Assembly (NCBI RefSeq): GCF_006345805.1
Contig: NC_043014.1
Location: forward strand, 40,238,001-40,302,000
Source: Octopus sinensis
Lineage: Eukaryota
Direction: 5' to 3'
Length of the DNA stretch: 64,000 nucleotides
The notes below the pieces were generated by a model that saw only the letters and a list, made by a program, of their open reading frames with translations, ran no database searches and was not told the DNA's origin. A program made the position numbers and the translations under genes. Below are positions 27,283 through 41,253 of the stretch, in pieces (the first letter of the stretch is position 1; each line of letters opens with the position of its first letter).

Positions 27283-28711
27283 TATATATTATGTATGTGC
27301 ATGTGTTGTGTGTGTGTGTGCAACAAGTACAAACAAATAGAGACATGTTTATCCATAGGTGTGACAACTGAACTGCCCTTTACAAATGATTAATTTTTTT
27401 TTCATCATTTATTTATTTATGTCTTCATTTATTTATTTAATGGTCGAGAAAGCAAAAACCCGTGGTGCCCATGACCATTTCCGGAGTGAAAGAGGTTGTA
27501 GTGGTGGTGGTCGTGGTAGTGGTGGAAGAATGGACTTATTGTTAACAGGAGAACTTGGCCTCAATTCTTGCAACACAAGCACCCCAGGTGTTTATTGTTG
27601 CTAATGATATTTCATACATTAAGGTGGCGAGCTGGCAGAAACATTAGTGCACTGGGCAAAATGCTTAGCGGTATTTCATCTGCCGTTACGTTCTGAGTTC
27701 AAATTCCGCCGAGGTCGACTTTACCTTTCATCCTTTCGGGCTCAATAAATAAAGTACCAGTTTCGCACTGGGGTCGATGTAATCGACTTAATACCTACGT
27801 CTGTCCTTGTTTGTCCCTTTGTCCTCTCTATGTTTAGCCCCTTGTGGGTAATAAAGAAATAGGTATTTTGTCTGTCGTTACGTTCTGAGTTCAAATTCCG
27901 CCGAGGTCGACTTTACCTTTTACCCTTTTGGGGTCGATAAATAAAGTACCAGTTTCGCACTGGGGTCGATGTAATCGACTTAATCCTTCTGTCTGTCCTT
28001 GTTTGTTCCCTCTGTGTTTAGCCCCTCGTGGGTAGTAAAGAAATAGGTATTTCTGTCTGTCGTTACGTTCCATGTTCAAATTCCGCCGAGGTTGACTTTA
28101 CCTTTTATCCTTTCGGGGTCGAATAATAAAGTACCAGTTTCGCACTGGGGTCGATGTAATCGACTTAATCCCTCTGTCTGTCCTTGTTTTTCCCCTCTGT
28201 GTTTAGCCCCTTGTGGGTAGTAAAGAAATAGGTATTTCATACATTCATACATACACAGTAATTGTTAGACACGGCATGGCAGTGCTGTTAAGTTCACTTT
28301 GCTATCACAAGGTCTTGGATTCAATTCCACTATGTGAGTTGTTCAGTAATTGTCTTTTACCATAACTTCAGGTCTTCCTAAGTTTTATGACTGAAATGAA
28401 AGTGGGTGGATGGGAAGTGTAAGGAAGGAAGCCCATTAGTTTGATTGTAACTGTAATTCAAAGATTAAGGGTGCGTGTGTCTGTTGAATTCTCAGCTGCA
28501 TATAAGTTAATTGACTGGAATGAGCAAGTAGGAGCAGGAGTAGTTATGTGGTAAGTAGCTTGCTTACCAACCACATGGTTCCGGGTTCAGTCCCACTGCG
28601 TGGCACCTTGGGCAAGTGTCTTCTACTATAGCCTCGGGCGGACCAAAGCCTTGTGAGTGGATTTGGTAGACGGAAACTGAAAGAAGCCCGTCGTATATAC
28701 ATATATATATT

Positions 28712-28743
<32 letters not shown>

Positions 28744-29310
28744 CATATGTTTGTGTGTCTGTGTTTGTCTCCCCCAACATAGCTAGACAACTGATGGTGG
28801 TGTGTTTGCATCCACGTAACCTAGTGGTTCGGCAAAAGAGACCGATAGAATAAGTACTAGGCTTACAAAGAATAAGTCCTGGGGTCGATTTGCTCGACTA
28901 AAGGTGGTACTCCAGCATGGCCGCAGTCAAATGACTGAAACAAGTAAAAGAGTATGCTGAAACAGACATAGATCCATATTATTATTATCAAGCATATGCC
29001 TGTAGATTGGAAACCAACAGTTGGGTGTGGACTCATGCGTTTGGTGGTCAGGGTAATCCAGGATATGTGAGGTTCCCTTGATGGCCCAAGTTGGAGGTTC
29101 TTCTGTATCGGGAGGACTGTATCATTCATGTGATCCCATTTCACTCTCTTGTCTTTTTCTTTCCATTTATTTTTTATGTACCCCCACCACAAATCGTGAT
29201 GTCCCCTCATCTGAGCCCCAGTGGAAAATAAATGAAACCCTCATTTTCATCATCATCATCATCATCATAATTATCGTTATTATTGTTTTTTTTTATTGTT
29301 GGGTGAGAGC

Positions 29311-29445
29311 GTAGCATCATACAGTCTCTCGTTTACTCTGAGCGAGAGGTCCTTTGTCACCAGCAGAGGTAGGAACTCTCTGAACTTTGCCCAAGCTATT
29401 CTTATTCTAGCAGCTACACTTTCAGAGCATCCACCCACACTACTG
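29311..29445 (-). mobile_element. RTE-clade LINE RT fragment
   Basis: Minus strand reads CSESVAARIRIAWAKFREFLPLLVTKDLSLRVNERLYDA. Confidence 0.7.
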
Positions 29446-29919
29446 CATCTTTGGTAAATTTTGAAACTTTGATATCTGCAACTCTCTGTGAAAGTTTTGT
29501 TCTACTTTTCTTTCTATTCTCCCTGAGTATTTGAAAATGTAAAGATTGCTTTTTATTGCAAAAACACTACTGTCGTCTCTAATTGGACATACAAATGAAA
29601 ATCTCTAGAAAACGTAAAAGCTTTAATATCTACAATTTTGTGTGAAAATTTTATCTTTCTTTTCTCCCTCACTACCCGAATATATAAACATACCTTTTAT
29701 TGCAACAACACAAATAAATGCATGGTAAGAAAACAAATATTAAGGAAGTAAGCACCTGCCAGTATATACAAACTGCGCAATTACAAAAACTATAAACCAC
29801 AGCAAAACTTATAAGAAAAGAAGAAAAAAACAAAAAAGTTCAGAAATTCAAAAATTCAATGATGTGAACATCAGTGTATATATATCTATATATATATATA
29901 TATTATATATATAAACTAA

Positions 29920-30355
29920 TAAATATTAGGAATAAATCCAATTTACAGGGAAAAAATCAGAGATTAAGATTAATCGATTTTATATTAAAATTATAAAATA
30001 TTATCGAGACAAAACCATATTTGCAAAACAAACAAGGAAAGACTTAATAATACATAAAATTTAAAAAAATAGTCAAAAAAAACCGCACTACAATCGTTTC
30101 TGTCTTGATCGACAATCTTCAGTGGACTTCCAATAATAAGAGAAGGAGGAGTTGCAGGTAGTAAGAGTGATCCTTCTATAGTGTCTCATTATAATTATAA
30201 TTTGACACTGAATTATTGGAAGTCCACCTGAAGATTGTCGATCAAGACAAGAAACGATTGTAGTGGCGTTTTTTTTTTGACTATTTATTAAAATTTTATG
30301 TATTAATTAAGTCTTTCCTTGTTTGTTTTGCAAAATAGTGGTTGTTGTCTCGAAT
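29920..30355. mobile_element. (TA)n-embedded Penelope-like pLTR/retrozyme fold-back element
   Basis: Inverted arms, each with an HHR; related pieces at about 35888-36048, 40693-40760, 48091-48333, 50372-50390, 50870-50915 and 62001-62258, all next to (TA)n. Confidence 0.65.
30224..30266 (+). ncRNA. Minimal type-I hammerhead ribozyme
   Basis: CCAC-CUGAAGA-UUGUC-gaucaa-GACAA-GAAAC-GAUU-GUA-GUGG; indel-damaged mirror copy on - at about 30085-30125. Confidence 0.8.
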
Positions 30356-31375
30356 ATATATTATATATATATATATATATTTTCTATCAGTAATTAAAAA
30401 TAGAACAAGGTGAATTGCTTCTTTTCAAGGCCAAGGTCAGCACTCTCATGATTTCTAGTTGTAGTAAACACATTTGGCCTCTGCTGACCCAAAGGATGTT
30501 AGGCCTCTTTTGTCTCCTTATGGCACAGAAATGCCCATTGCTGACCTCCTCACCATATGGGAAATCTATTTACAGACCTGTAGAATTTGGTCTATTCAAC
30601 AAGCTGCTACTCTTCCTCCTACTATTCCCTTCAACCTTCACATATTTATGATCATCTCAAGTACAAGACAAAAGTTGAAATTAAACGTTTAATCATATCT
30701 TTTAATAATAAATAGAAATAACAACAACAACAACTACAATAATGTTGTTGCATTTTGTCCAGTGTGTTTATGATTCTGACAGCTTGCTGCCTTAATGAGA
30801 CACTAATAGAAGGATCACTCTTACCTACCTGCAACTCCTCCTTCTCTTAAAAAAAAAAAAACGGTTAAAGAAATGCTATTATTTGGTCTATTCAACAAGC
30901 TCCTGCTCTTCCTCCTACTATTCCCTTCAACCCTCACATATTTGCACCCTGTATGTGTGTGGTGTGTCACCTTGATGAGGCAATGGTCCAACAATTCATT
31001 AGCTTCTGAATCAGTGATAGTTTGGTAAAAGCTGGATTAGGAAGTAAAAGAGGGCTAAAAAATATTTAGGGTTTTTGTGTGTTGATTAGGGATACAATTG
31101 TTCCAAAGATTTAGTGTTAGTGGTGAGTTAAAACAAGTGGCAAGCCTTGCTGAATCAAAGGTACCAAATGGTCCCAATTTTCTGTTAAGGCAAGTTCATT
31201 TCATTTATGGCATTATTGCTCTGAGAAAAATTAGGAATTCCACATGGTGTCATTTCTTTCCCTCAATCATAAAATACATTGCCCGCAACTTGTGTCATAG
31301 GAATTTAATTTTTGTGTAAAAATATATCAGGTCATATTTTGTTACTTTATAACTGTAAAAGACTTTTAATTTCAG

Positions 31376-31463
31376 ATTGAAATCATCCACAGATTCTTAG
31401 AAGCAAATGGCTCAAGGCAACTCATATTCTATTACCAGGAACCAACTGTAGAGAAAACCACAG
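31376..31463 (+). CDS. DNAH5: Axonemal dynein heavy chain (DNAH5-like), first identified exon, IEIIHRFLEANGSRQLIFYYQEPTVEKTT
   Basis: ttcag| acceptor, G|gtatag donor, 88 nt (phase 0 to 1); resembles DNAH5 [22 protein letters not shown] as recalled. Confidence 0.85.
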
Positions 31464-32145
31464 GTATAGCCTTTCTTTACTCTTTGGATAATGGCCTCAT
31501 AGAAGTTGCAGAAGTGGGTGAAAGCCATTCTGTTTTTAGAGGTGGGAAATTTTTTTCTAGGTATTATAGGATGTGTTCTTCATAGGTTAGTTGCATGCAA
31601 ATTACTTGGGTACCCATGGTTATTAGTGTTGGTTGTGAGAGGAATGTGAAGGGGCATACCCCAGAAGATGGTTTCAGACACCTGTATATCTTTTTCAGAA
31701 TGGATTATAAGTTAAAGATATTTTCAGTCAAAGATAGGTTAAAAAGGCAGGAGCTGTGACTAGTTAGCTAGCCGTAGAATTCAAGAATTAATGGTTGTTG
31801 CACCCTGTATGTGTGTGGTATGTCACCTTGATGAGGCAATGGTCCAACAATTCATTAGCTTCTGAATCAGTGGTAGTTTGGTAAAGGCTGGATTAGGAAG
31901 TAAAAGAGGGCTCAAAAATATTTAGGGTTTTTGTGTGTTGATTAGGGATACAATTGTTCCAAAGATTTCATATAGGTGCAGGAGTGGCTGTGTGGTAATT
32001 AGCTTGCTTACAAACCACATGGTTCTGGGTTCAGTCACACTGCGTGGCACGATGGGCAAGTGTCTTCTACTATAGCCTCGGGCCGACCAAAGCCTTGTGA
32101 GTGGATTTGGTAGATGGAAACAGAAAGAAGCCCGTCGTATATATG

Positions 32146-32190
<45 letters not shown>

Positions 32191-33205
32191 TTGTCTGTCT
32201 GTGTTTGTCTCCCCACCATTGCTTGACAACCGATGGTGGTGTGCTTATGTCCCCGTAACTTAGCGGTTCAGCAAAACAGACTGATAGAATAAGTACTAGG
32301 CTTACAAAGAATAAGTCCTGGGGTCGATTTGCTCGACTAAAGGCAGTGCTCCAGCATGGCTGCAGTCAAATAACTGAAACAAGTAAAAGAGTAAAAGAGT
32401 ATGCTCTTTAGTCTAATTCAAAACAAAGTTTACTTTGGAAGAACAGAATATATTTAACCGACTGCTGCAATTGCTGAATCTAGAGAGGGTGCTAATGTGT
32501 GCATGTGTTTGTGTGTGTGTGTGCATGCATGTGTGTGTGTGTGTGCGTGCATGTATGTGTTTGTATGTGTGTGTGTAAGTGCATATGTAGGAAAGTAGAT
32601 GGTATTAGTTTTATGAGATGGCTACGTGATGAAAACATTTACTGGAGACAGAACTGATCTAACAAAAGATAAAGATATTTCGCATCATCACGTTTATCTC
32701 AGATGTCAGAAAAGAGGATGTAAAAATTTTATATATTTTCAGGTTGCGTAATAGATTTTTTTACTCTTTTGCTTGTTTCAGTCATTTGACTGCGGCCATG
32801 CTGGAGCACCGCCTTTAGTCGAGCAAATCGACTCCAGGAAAAATTCTTTCTAAGCCTAGTACTTATTCTATCGGTTTTGTTTTGCCGAACCGCTACGTTA
32901 CGGGGACGTAAACACACCAGCATCAGTTGTCAAGCGATGTTGGGGGGGGGGGGACAAACATATACACACACACACACACACATACATACATATATATACA
33001 TATATATGACAGGCTTCTTTCAGTTTCCATCTACCAATTCCACTCACAAGGCTTTGGTCAGCCCAAGGCTATAGTACAAGACACTTGCCCAAGGTGCAAT
33101 GCAGTGGGACTGAACCCGGAACCTTGTGGTTGGTAAGCAAGCTACTTACCACACAGAGCCACTCCTGAATTCGAGAGATAAAGAGGTGCAAATTTTATTC
33201 ATTTT

Positions 33206-33395
33206 AAGAAGGTGATATTTTGAAAGGCATATTGCTGTTAAAACAAGAGAAAAATTGGGTATTATTACCCTCACGAGTTAGAAAAAGTTGTCAACAAACA
33301 GCCATGGTTGATAACTTTTTCACCTTGTAAGGGTGAAAATACCCAATTTTTCCGCTGTTTTAATGGTGATATTGCATTCAAAATATCACCTTCTT
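33206..33395. mobile_element. Fold-back MITE with about 90-bp imperfect arms
   Basis: aagaaggtgatattttgaa..gaaaaagttgtcaac / gttgataactttttc..ttcaaaatatcaccttctt. Confidence 0.65.
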
Positions 33396-33560
33396 GTCTG
33401 TATTGTAGGATACACTGCTAAAAAACCCAAATATAAGTATACAGTTCTATATTTAAGAGATGAGGAATTATGTACATTATTTACTTTACTTACAGTTCAC
33501 ATATATTTGTCCTCATCTTGTTTGTTGTTAACACAACGTTTCGGCTGTGACCTGAAGAAT

Positions 33561-33602
<42 letters not shown>

Positions 33603-33999
33603 CCTCATCATCATCGTTCAATGCCTGTTTTCCATGCTAGCATTGGTTGGACAGTTTGACTGAGGTTTGGCAAGCCAGGAGGCTGCACCAGGCTCCAGTC
33701 TGATCTGGCAGTGTTTCTACAGCTGGATGCCCTTCCTAACACCAACCACTCTGAGAGTGTAGTGGGTGCTTTTTACGTGCCACCAGCACGTAAAATAATA
33801 ATAATAATAACAAATAATAATAATAATAATAATAATAATGATCACCATGTTGCACACATATGGTTGTGATGCATGTACCTGGTATCTCCTTATCAGACGG
33901 GTAGTCATGATGGGTATATTGGGCTTCATATATTTTACCCCGGTGTCACTTTGATGGCATGAATTGCTCTCTCACTCAATAATAATAATAATAATAATA

Positions 34000-34032
<33 letters not shown>

Positions 34033-34108
34033 TAATAATAATAATAACAAAAACAGCAGCATCGAAAACTACCTTAGGAATGAAAACTCAGGTTCGAAAT
34101 TTCCCCAT

Positions 34109-34154
34109 GACACCTGATGAAGGCTGGAGGGTATATCAGCCGAAACGTTATGTT
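34109..34154 (+). ncRNA. Ultra-minimal Penelope-type hammerhead motif
   Basis: GACAC-CUGAUGA-A-GGCUG..CAGCC-GAAAC-GUU-AUGUU; sibling copy at 20831-20872; inverted partial copy at about 33530-33548 reads GAAACGUUGUGUU and restores stem I. Confidence 0.6.
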
Positions 34155-34265
34155 AACAACAAACAAGATAAGGACAAATATCTGTCGAATGTAAATAATG
34201 TAAATGTAAGTCTGTTTATATACGCACATGGTTGTTACAATTGAATTTTAATTTCATCATATCAG

Positions 34266-34423
34266 ATAATCTTCGTCTTGGAGTGCCACTGAATCGAGTG
34301 AATCGTCCAACAAAGGCCAAAATATTTGTCACTGATGGTAAAGAGTTGTCTTTGAGAGGAACAGGTTTACTATTCATAAAAGTCGACACCTGTAATGATC
34401 TCACCGAAGCTAATATTGCTAAG
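34266..34423 (+). CDS. DNAH5: DNAH5-like exon (D)NLRLGVPLNRVNRPTKAKIFVTDGKELSLRGTGLLFIKVDTCNDLTEANIAK
   Basis: atcag| and AAG|gtaaag, 158 nt (phase 1 to 0); resembles DNAH5 KPKVFVTEG..LTGVCVFFIR. Confidence 0.88.
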
Positions 34424-35528
34424 GTAAAGTTAAAATATTGTTAATTATCGTTATATGACGTCTTTTGTCTTTATGTTTTATTTGTTTCAGTCACTGGACT
34501 GTGGCCATGCTGGGGCACCCACTTGAAAGGTTTAGTTAAACATGCAAATCGATTTCAGTACTTATTTTTAAAGTAAAGTCTGGTACTTATTCTATCAATC
34601 ACTAAGTTATGGGGATGTAAACAAACAGGAGTGGCTGTGTGGTAAGTAGCTTGTTTACCAGCCACATGGTTCCTGGTTCAGTCCCACTGCGTGGGACCTT
34701 GGGCAAGTGTCTTCTACTATAGGCTTGGGGGCGACCAAAGCCTTGTGAGTGGATTTGGTAGACGGAAACTGAAAGAAGCCTGTCGTATATATGTATATAT
34801 ATATATATATGTGTGTGTGTGTTTGTGTGTCTGTGTTTGTCCCCCTAGCATTGCTTGACAACCGATGTTGGTGTGTTTATGTCCCCGTTACTTAGAGGTT
34901 CGGCAAAAGAGACCAATAAAATAAGTACTGGGCTTACAAAAGAATAAGTCCCGGGGTCGAGTTGCTTGATTAAAGGCGGTGCTCCAGCATGGCCACAGTC
35001 AACTGACTGAAACAAGTAAAAGAGAAAGAGAGAGAAACGTTGGTTGTCAAGTGGTGCTGCTGGTGATGGAAGACAAACAGAAACAGAAAGATGCATGCAC
35101 ATACACGCACACATACACATACATGTGATGGGTTTTCACAGTTACCATCGGCCAAATTCACTCACAAGGCATCGACCAGTTTGATTAATCTGAGGCCACA
35201 GAGTCAAACGCAGGTGTTATTCAAATGATTTGAATAACACCTGTGTTTGACTCCGTTTCTTAATTTATTCATGTTATACAGAAACATTTCACTTGACCCT
35301 TGAATTTCCACCTTTATAAGTAGGCTGTAATATCCTTGGCACCTATGTGAATTTTTGCCACCCTGGTAACTATTTACTTTTGTTCCTTGTTATTTGTACA
35401 CATTGAAAAAATATACATAAATAAATAAATAAATAAATAAATATGTATATATTTTTTTCAATAGACATAAATATATATACATGTATATATGCATATTCAT
35501 CACTGCACTGCTAACTGATCACAACAAC

Positions 35529-35560
<32 letters not shown>

Positions 35561-35568
35561 TATGTATG

Positions 35569-35611
<43 letters not shown>

Positions 35612-35639
35612 ATATTATATATATATATAATATATATAT

Positions 35640-35695
<56 letters not shown>

Positions 35696-38600
35696 CTGTA
35701 GGTTTGCAGGCGTGGTTGTGTGGTAAGAAGCTTGCTTCCAACCACATGGTTCCAGGTTCATTCCACTGCATGACACCTTGGTCAAGCGTCTTCTACTATA
35801 GCCTTGGGCTGACCAAAGCCTTGTGAGTAGATTTGGTAGGCAGAAACTAAAAGAGGCCTGTAGTATATATATATATATATATAATGATATTAGGGAGTAT
35901 GGCTCCAAAAATTAGATTTAGGATTAAATCAAATTTCACAGTATAAATATAAATTAAATTAGAGATAAAACCACTATTAGGCAACTCAAACAGTGATAAA
36001 CTGTTTGAGTTGCCTAATAGCGGTTTTATCTCTAATTTAATTTATATATATATATATGTATATATCTATGTGTGTTTGTCATTGTGTCTGTGTTTGTTCC
36101 CTTATCACCACTTGGTAACTGGTGTTGTTATGTTTACCTCCCTGTAGCTTAGCGGTTCGGCAAAAGAGACTGGTAGAATAAGTGCTAGGCTTCAAAAAAA
36201 AGTCCTGGTGTCAATTTGTTAGACACCTGAAGCAGGTGTATTAGTTTGACACTGAGGAAAGTGAGAAAGTCTTTTATGTTTCGAGCCTCTGCTCTTCAAC
36301 AGAAATAAACAGAAAGAGAATGAATATACTTGTGGATTTAACGATCAATCATGGCAATTTTGTAGATCTAGTCACAAGGCTTTGGTTGATCTAGTGCGTA
36401 GGGGCTAAAATAGAAGACACTTACTCAAGGTGCCGCACCCTGGGACTGAACCTGAAGCTGCACAACATCTTGGTTTAAGAAAATTATGCAGCTTAAAACA
36501 TCTTGAAAAACTAACCACATATGAAACCATTTGTCAATGGTCATAAAGTAATATCATACTTAAGCAGCTAAGAAGGATATAGTTTGAATCTAAAATTATT
36601 TCTTTCTGCAATTAGAAAGAAAGCATTTAGTCAAAATCATTGAAACAATTCAAAATTTTATTACACAGTTGCAATTATGTACTATAAATAATGCGCATAA
36701 TTAATTAGATGGAGGATAATTTTAACGACAATGACTGTAGCAATCATCGCTTTGTCACACAGGATATTGAATAATCCCTAAAAATAGTCTCTGCTTAATG
36801 ATTCGCCAAGGCATTGTGTTGTTCATTATATCCTAATTGCTCTTAAATTTTCTGCAATGGTTCTTTAAACTATCTCATCACGACCATCATCATCATCGTT
36901 ATTATTTTACGTCCGCTTTCCATGCTGACATGGGTTTACGTTCCGAGTTCAAATTCCGCCGAGGTCGACTTTGCCTTTCATCCTTTCGAGGTCGATAAAT
37001 TAAGTACCATTTACACACTGGGGTCAATATAATCGACTTAATCTGTGTGTCTGTCCTTGTTTGTCCCCTCTGTGTTTAGCCCCTTGTGGGTAGTAAAGAA
37101 ATAGGTTTGACTGAAAACTGGGGCCGCACCAGGTTCCAATCTGATTTGGCTAGGTTTCTACGGCTGGAACCCTTCCTAATGCCAACCACTATTGCAATAA
37201 ACTATTTTAGCTCTGTTGGATTCGTTTAAGCTCTTAATTGTAACATGCAAATGATATCCTCCTTTGCACCAATCATGTTTTTGGTGCCCTTGCACATCTT
37301 TATCATGGTGGTCATGAGGAACCTTCCAGAAAATTGGGCTTTATCTATACCAGTGTTTCCCAGCCTATTTTCCCTTAGGCCCCAACAATAAGTTTCCAGA
37401 AAAATGTATGCCCCATTGGTGGTTGGAAAAAAAAGTATAGGTGCAGTATGTTTGGTGAAGGCTTGTGGTTTAGTAGTTAGGGGTATTCAGCTCCTGATCA
37501 TAAGATCATGAGTTCAATTCCCAGCTATGCGTTGTGTCTTTGAGCAAGATACTTTATTTCATATTGCTCCAGTCTACTCAGCTGGCAAAAATGAGTTGTA
37601 TCTGTATTTCAAAGGGCCAACCTTGTCACATTCTGTGTTGTGATGAATCTCCCTGAGAACTACTTTAAGGATACATGTGTCTGTACAATGCTCATCCACT
37701 TGCATGTTAATTTCATGAGCAGGATGTTCCGTTGATCAGATCAATCGGAACCCTTGTCATCATAACCGACAGAATGCCAGTTATGTTTAATGTAAAAAAT
37801 AGATTTTCACAATTCCATGTCCCACTATAAAAAAAAAAGAAGTTTTGGACCCCATGCCCCACCACAATTTTCCCAGGTCCCACTGGTGGGACATATGCCC
37901 ACATTGGGAATTCCAGCCAAAAATGAGTGGCAGTCTAGTTTGCCGTAACTCAATGCAAGATTTTAATAATTAATAAGAAAACATTATTTTTTAGAACAAC
38001 TAAAAATATCATTGTTTCTATTTTTTTTTTCTTAATTGTGTTTATTGTTATGAATTTGAATTAATTAATTGACTTTTCCTGATCTTTAGTGTCCATCAAT
38101 GGATGGACATCTGTCTCAGCTTCTAAGTTTAACATGATGCTTATCTAATGTACAGTGTGCTTCTGATGGTTACACTTATAATTTTGGTTCTCTTTTTACA
38201 GGAATAAATATCTAAACTTATTAAAAACTAATGACACTCAGTACTGATTCAATGATTTGACTGTAATTGGCATTAGGAAGGCATCTAACCATAGAAACCA
38301 TGCCAAAGCAGACACTGGAGTTTGGTGCAGTCCTCTGGATCATCAGCTCTTGTCAACCCTTCCGATCCATGCAAGCATAGAAAAGCAGACATTAAACAAT
38401 GATGATGATGATGATGATGATGATGATAGTAAGGGTGGTGGCACAAAGTCAAGGGCTTGATTGTATCACATTGTCATGACATCATGTGATAGTTGAAGAT
38501 GGGTGTCACCACCATACAAGTGGTGGTGGTATTCAGTTCTAATATTCCATAAAAATATATCTGGCTACAGGGAACTATTTATTTATTACCTTGCTTGGAA

Positions 38601-38704
38601 ACAGACAAGGGTTGGCAACAGGAAGGGCATCCAGCTATAAAAAAAAAATCTGCTTCAATAACCTTTGTCTGATCCATGCAAATACAGAAAGATAGCTGTT
38701 AAAA

Positions 38705-38735
<31 letters not shown>

Positions 38736-38872
38736 GGAGGAGGAGGAGGATGAAAGGAATAAGACTAAATAGTTGATGGTACTTTACAGGCTCTCTCTTA
38801 TTCAGTTCCCTTAGGTTTATTCACATTAACAAGATTGCTTCTCATCAACTAAAGAGGCTTATCTGAATGAAT

Positions 38873-39017
38873 CATTATTGTTGTTGTTATTATCAATATT
38901 ATTATTATTATTAATTATTATTATTATTATTATTATTATAATTATTATTATTATTATTCTCATTATTATTATTATTATTATTATTACTATTATTATTATT
39001 ATTATTCTCATTATTAA

Positions 39018-39052
<35 letters not shown>

Positions 39053-39470
39053 TATATTATCATCATCATCATCATCATTATTATGATTATCATCATCATT
39101 ATATTATTATTATCATCATCATCATCATCATTCATCATCATCATTATTATTATTATTACTATTATTATTATTATTATATTCTCATTATTATATTATTATT
39201 TATTATTATTATTTATTATTATTATTATATCATAATCATCATCATCATCATATTATTATTATTATCATCATCATTAGTATCATCATCATCATCATTATTA
39301 TTATTATTATTATTCTCATTATTATTCTCACTATTATTATTATTATTATTATTATCATCATCATCATTATTATTATTATTATTATTATCATCATCATTAT
39401 TATTATTATTATCATCATCATCATCATCATTATTATTATTATCATCATCATTATTATTATTATTATCATC

Positions 39471-39502
<32 letters not shown>

Positions 39503-39561
39503 TATTATTATTATTCTCATTATTATTATTATTATTATTATCATTATTATTCTCATTATTA

Positions 39562-39606
<45 letters not shown>

Positions 39607-39617
39607 TCATTATTATT

Positions 39618-39652
<35 letters not shown>

Positions 39653-39676
39653 GATTATTATTATTATCATCATTAT
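38873..39676. repeat. (ATT/ATC)n compound trinucleotide tract, about 800 bp
   Basis: Direct reading. Confidence 0.95.
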
Positions 39677-39700
39677 TTATTTTGTTTTTCTTCCTGACAG

Positions 39701-39911
39701 GAAGTTAATTATATGCAGTTACATGCCAGTGGTTCCAGTGAAAGCAGCAACACCGTCTTGAATTCCTTAGAAGCGTTGTTAACCAATATTTTCATCCCAG
39801 CAGCTTGTAACCATCAAAATGGCTGGGGTGAGCTGGACACACAACAGCAAGGACAAAAATTACAGAATAACTTTTATAATTCAATGTCTTCCTTTGTTTC
39901 AGTATTGTCAG
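39701..39911 (+). CDS. DNAH5: DNAH5-like exon EVNYMQL...LLTNIFIPAA...GWGELD...FVSVLS
   Basis: cctgacag| and G|gtatgc, 211 nt (phase 0 to 1); IFIPA and GWGEL motifs. Confidence 0.92.
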
Positions 39912-41210
39912 GTATGCACCCCAGTTTTTATTCTTATGGGATATGGAAATCTTATAGGCAGTTCATAGATTATACAGCTATGGCTTAGTGGTAATAAGTT
40001 TGCTATCAAACTACATGGTTTCAGATCCGGTTCCACTATGTGACTCCTTGGACAAATACCTTCTACTAAAGCCTGGTGGGGGGCAATCAAAGCCTTGTGA
40101 AGGGATTGGATTTAGTAGATGAAAACCGAAAGAAGCATGTTGTCTGTTTGTGTATATATGTATTTCTTTATTACCCACAAGGGGTTAAACATAGAGCGGA
40201 CAAACAAGGACAGACAAAGGGATTAAGTCGATTACATCGACCCCAGTGCGTAACTGGTACTTAATTTATCGACCCCGATAGGAGGAAAGGCAAAGTCGAC
40301 CTCGGTGGAATTTGAACTCAGAACGTAACGGCAGATGAAATACGGCTACGCATTTCGCCCGGCGTGCTAACGTTTCTGCCAGCTCGCCATATATACACAG
40401 GCATGCAGGAAGTAAATAGAAACCTTTAATTTTCAAAATCTTTTATTTGATATTAATTGGTTTAAGGAAAAGTTTTCTTCTAGCTGCTCGTCCATAATAC
40501 CTAAGCTATGTATAAATAATATTTGTGTATGTATGTTTGTCTGTCCCCTTTCCTTGACACCATGTGATTGTTATAAAGGGATGTCATTCATTAGCAATAT
40601 TCCGTGAAAACATGTCTGGCAATACGGATATAGTACCTTCCTTGGAATCATGTGAGCGTTGGCAATATATATATATATATATAATTATAATTGAGGGAAT
40701 ATAAATCCAAACTTACAGGGAAAAAAAATTCAATTTAGAAATACTAAATCAAATTTCACACGATATAATATATATATATATAAAAAAATAGAAAAAAACC
40801 CACCTTTTATCAATTCAAAATGAACAATTAAATTACACCATCCAGAAAATTACATATATTAGAAATATTAAAATTAAAATAACAAGAAAATTTCAATAAA
40901 GTTTCAATAAAATTTCAATGATTATTTAAATCCTTCATATTTTTCTGGGTTCATAGGATTAGGATTATGCTCAAGGTGGTTATAATCCTATAGCTGAGAG
41001 AATAATTGATGGTTTGATAACTAAGATCAACGAAATGAATTTGACCACTAAGATGTGTTAAGTAACATGTGCTTAACAGAACACACACATATGGCCTTAA
41101 GATTAAATGAAATAATGGTTCCAATGAAAATGGGAATAATGGGACAAAAATAAAAACTATAATAAATCTTTGCAAACAGGTCTTCCTTTCATCATAAACT
41201 GGTGATTACC

Positions 41211-41253
41211 GTACGTTGACAAGAGGCAAATACCTCGAAACTGCAGTCCGTAC
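41211..41253 (+). ncRNA. Type-I hammerhead ribozyme, U3-A8 core
   Basis: GUACG-UUGACAA-GAGG-caaaua-CCUC-GAAAC-UGCA-GUC-CGUAC; all stems perfect, palindromic stem III. Confidence 0.8.

Noticed and set aside
38878-39673. Poly-Ile/Leu/Ser/Met ORFs
   Set aside because: Trinucleotide repeat artefacts
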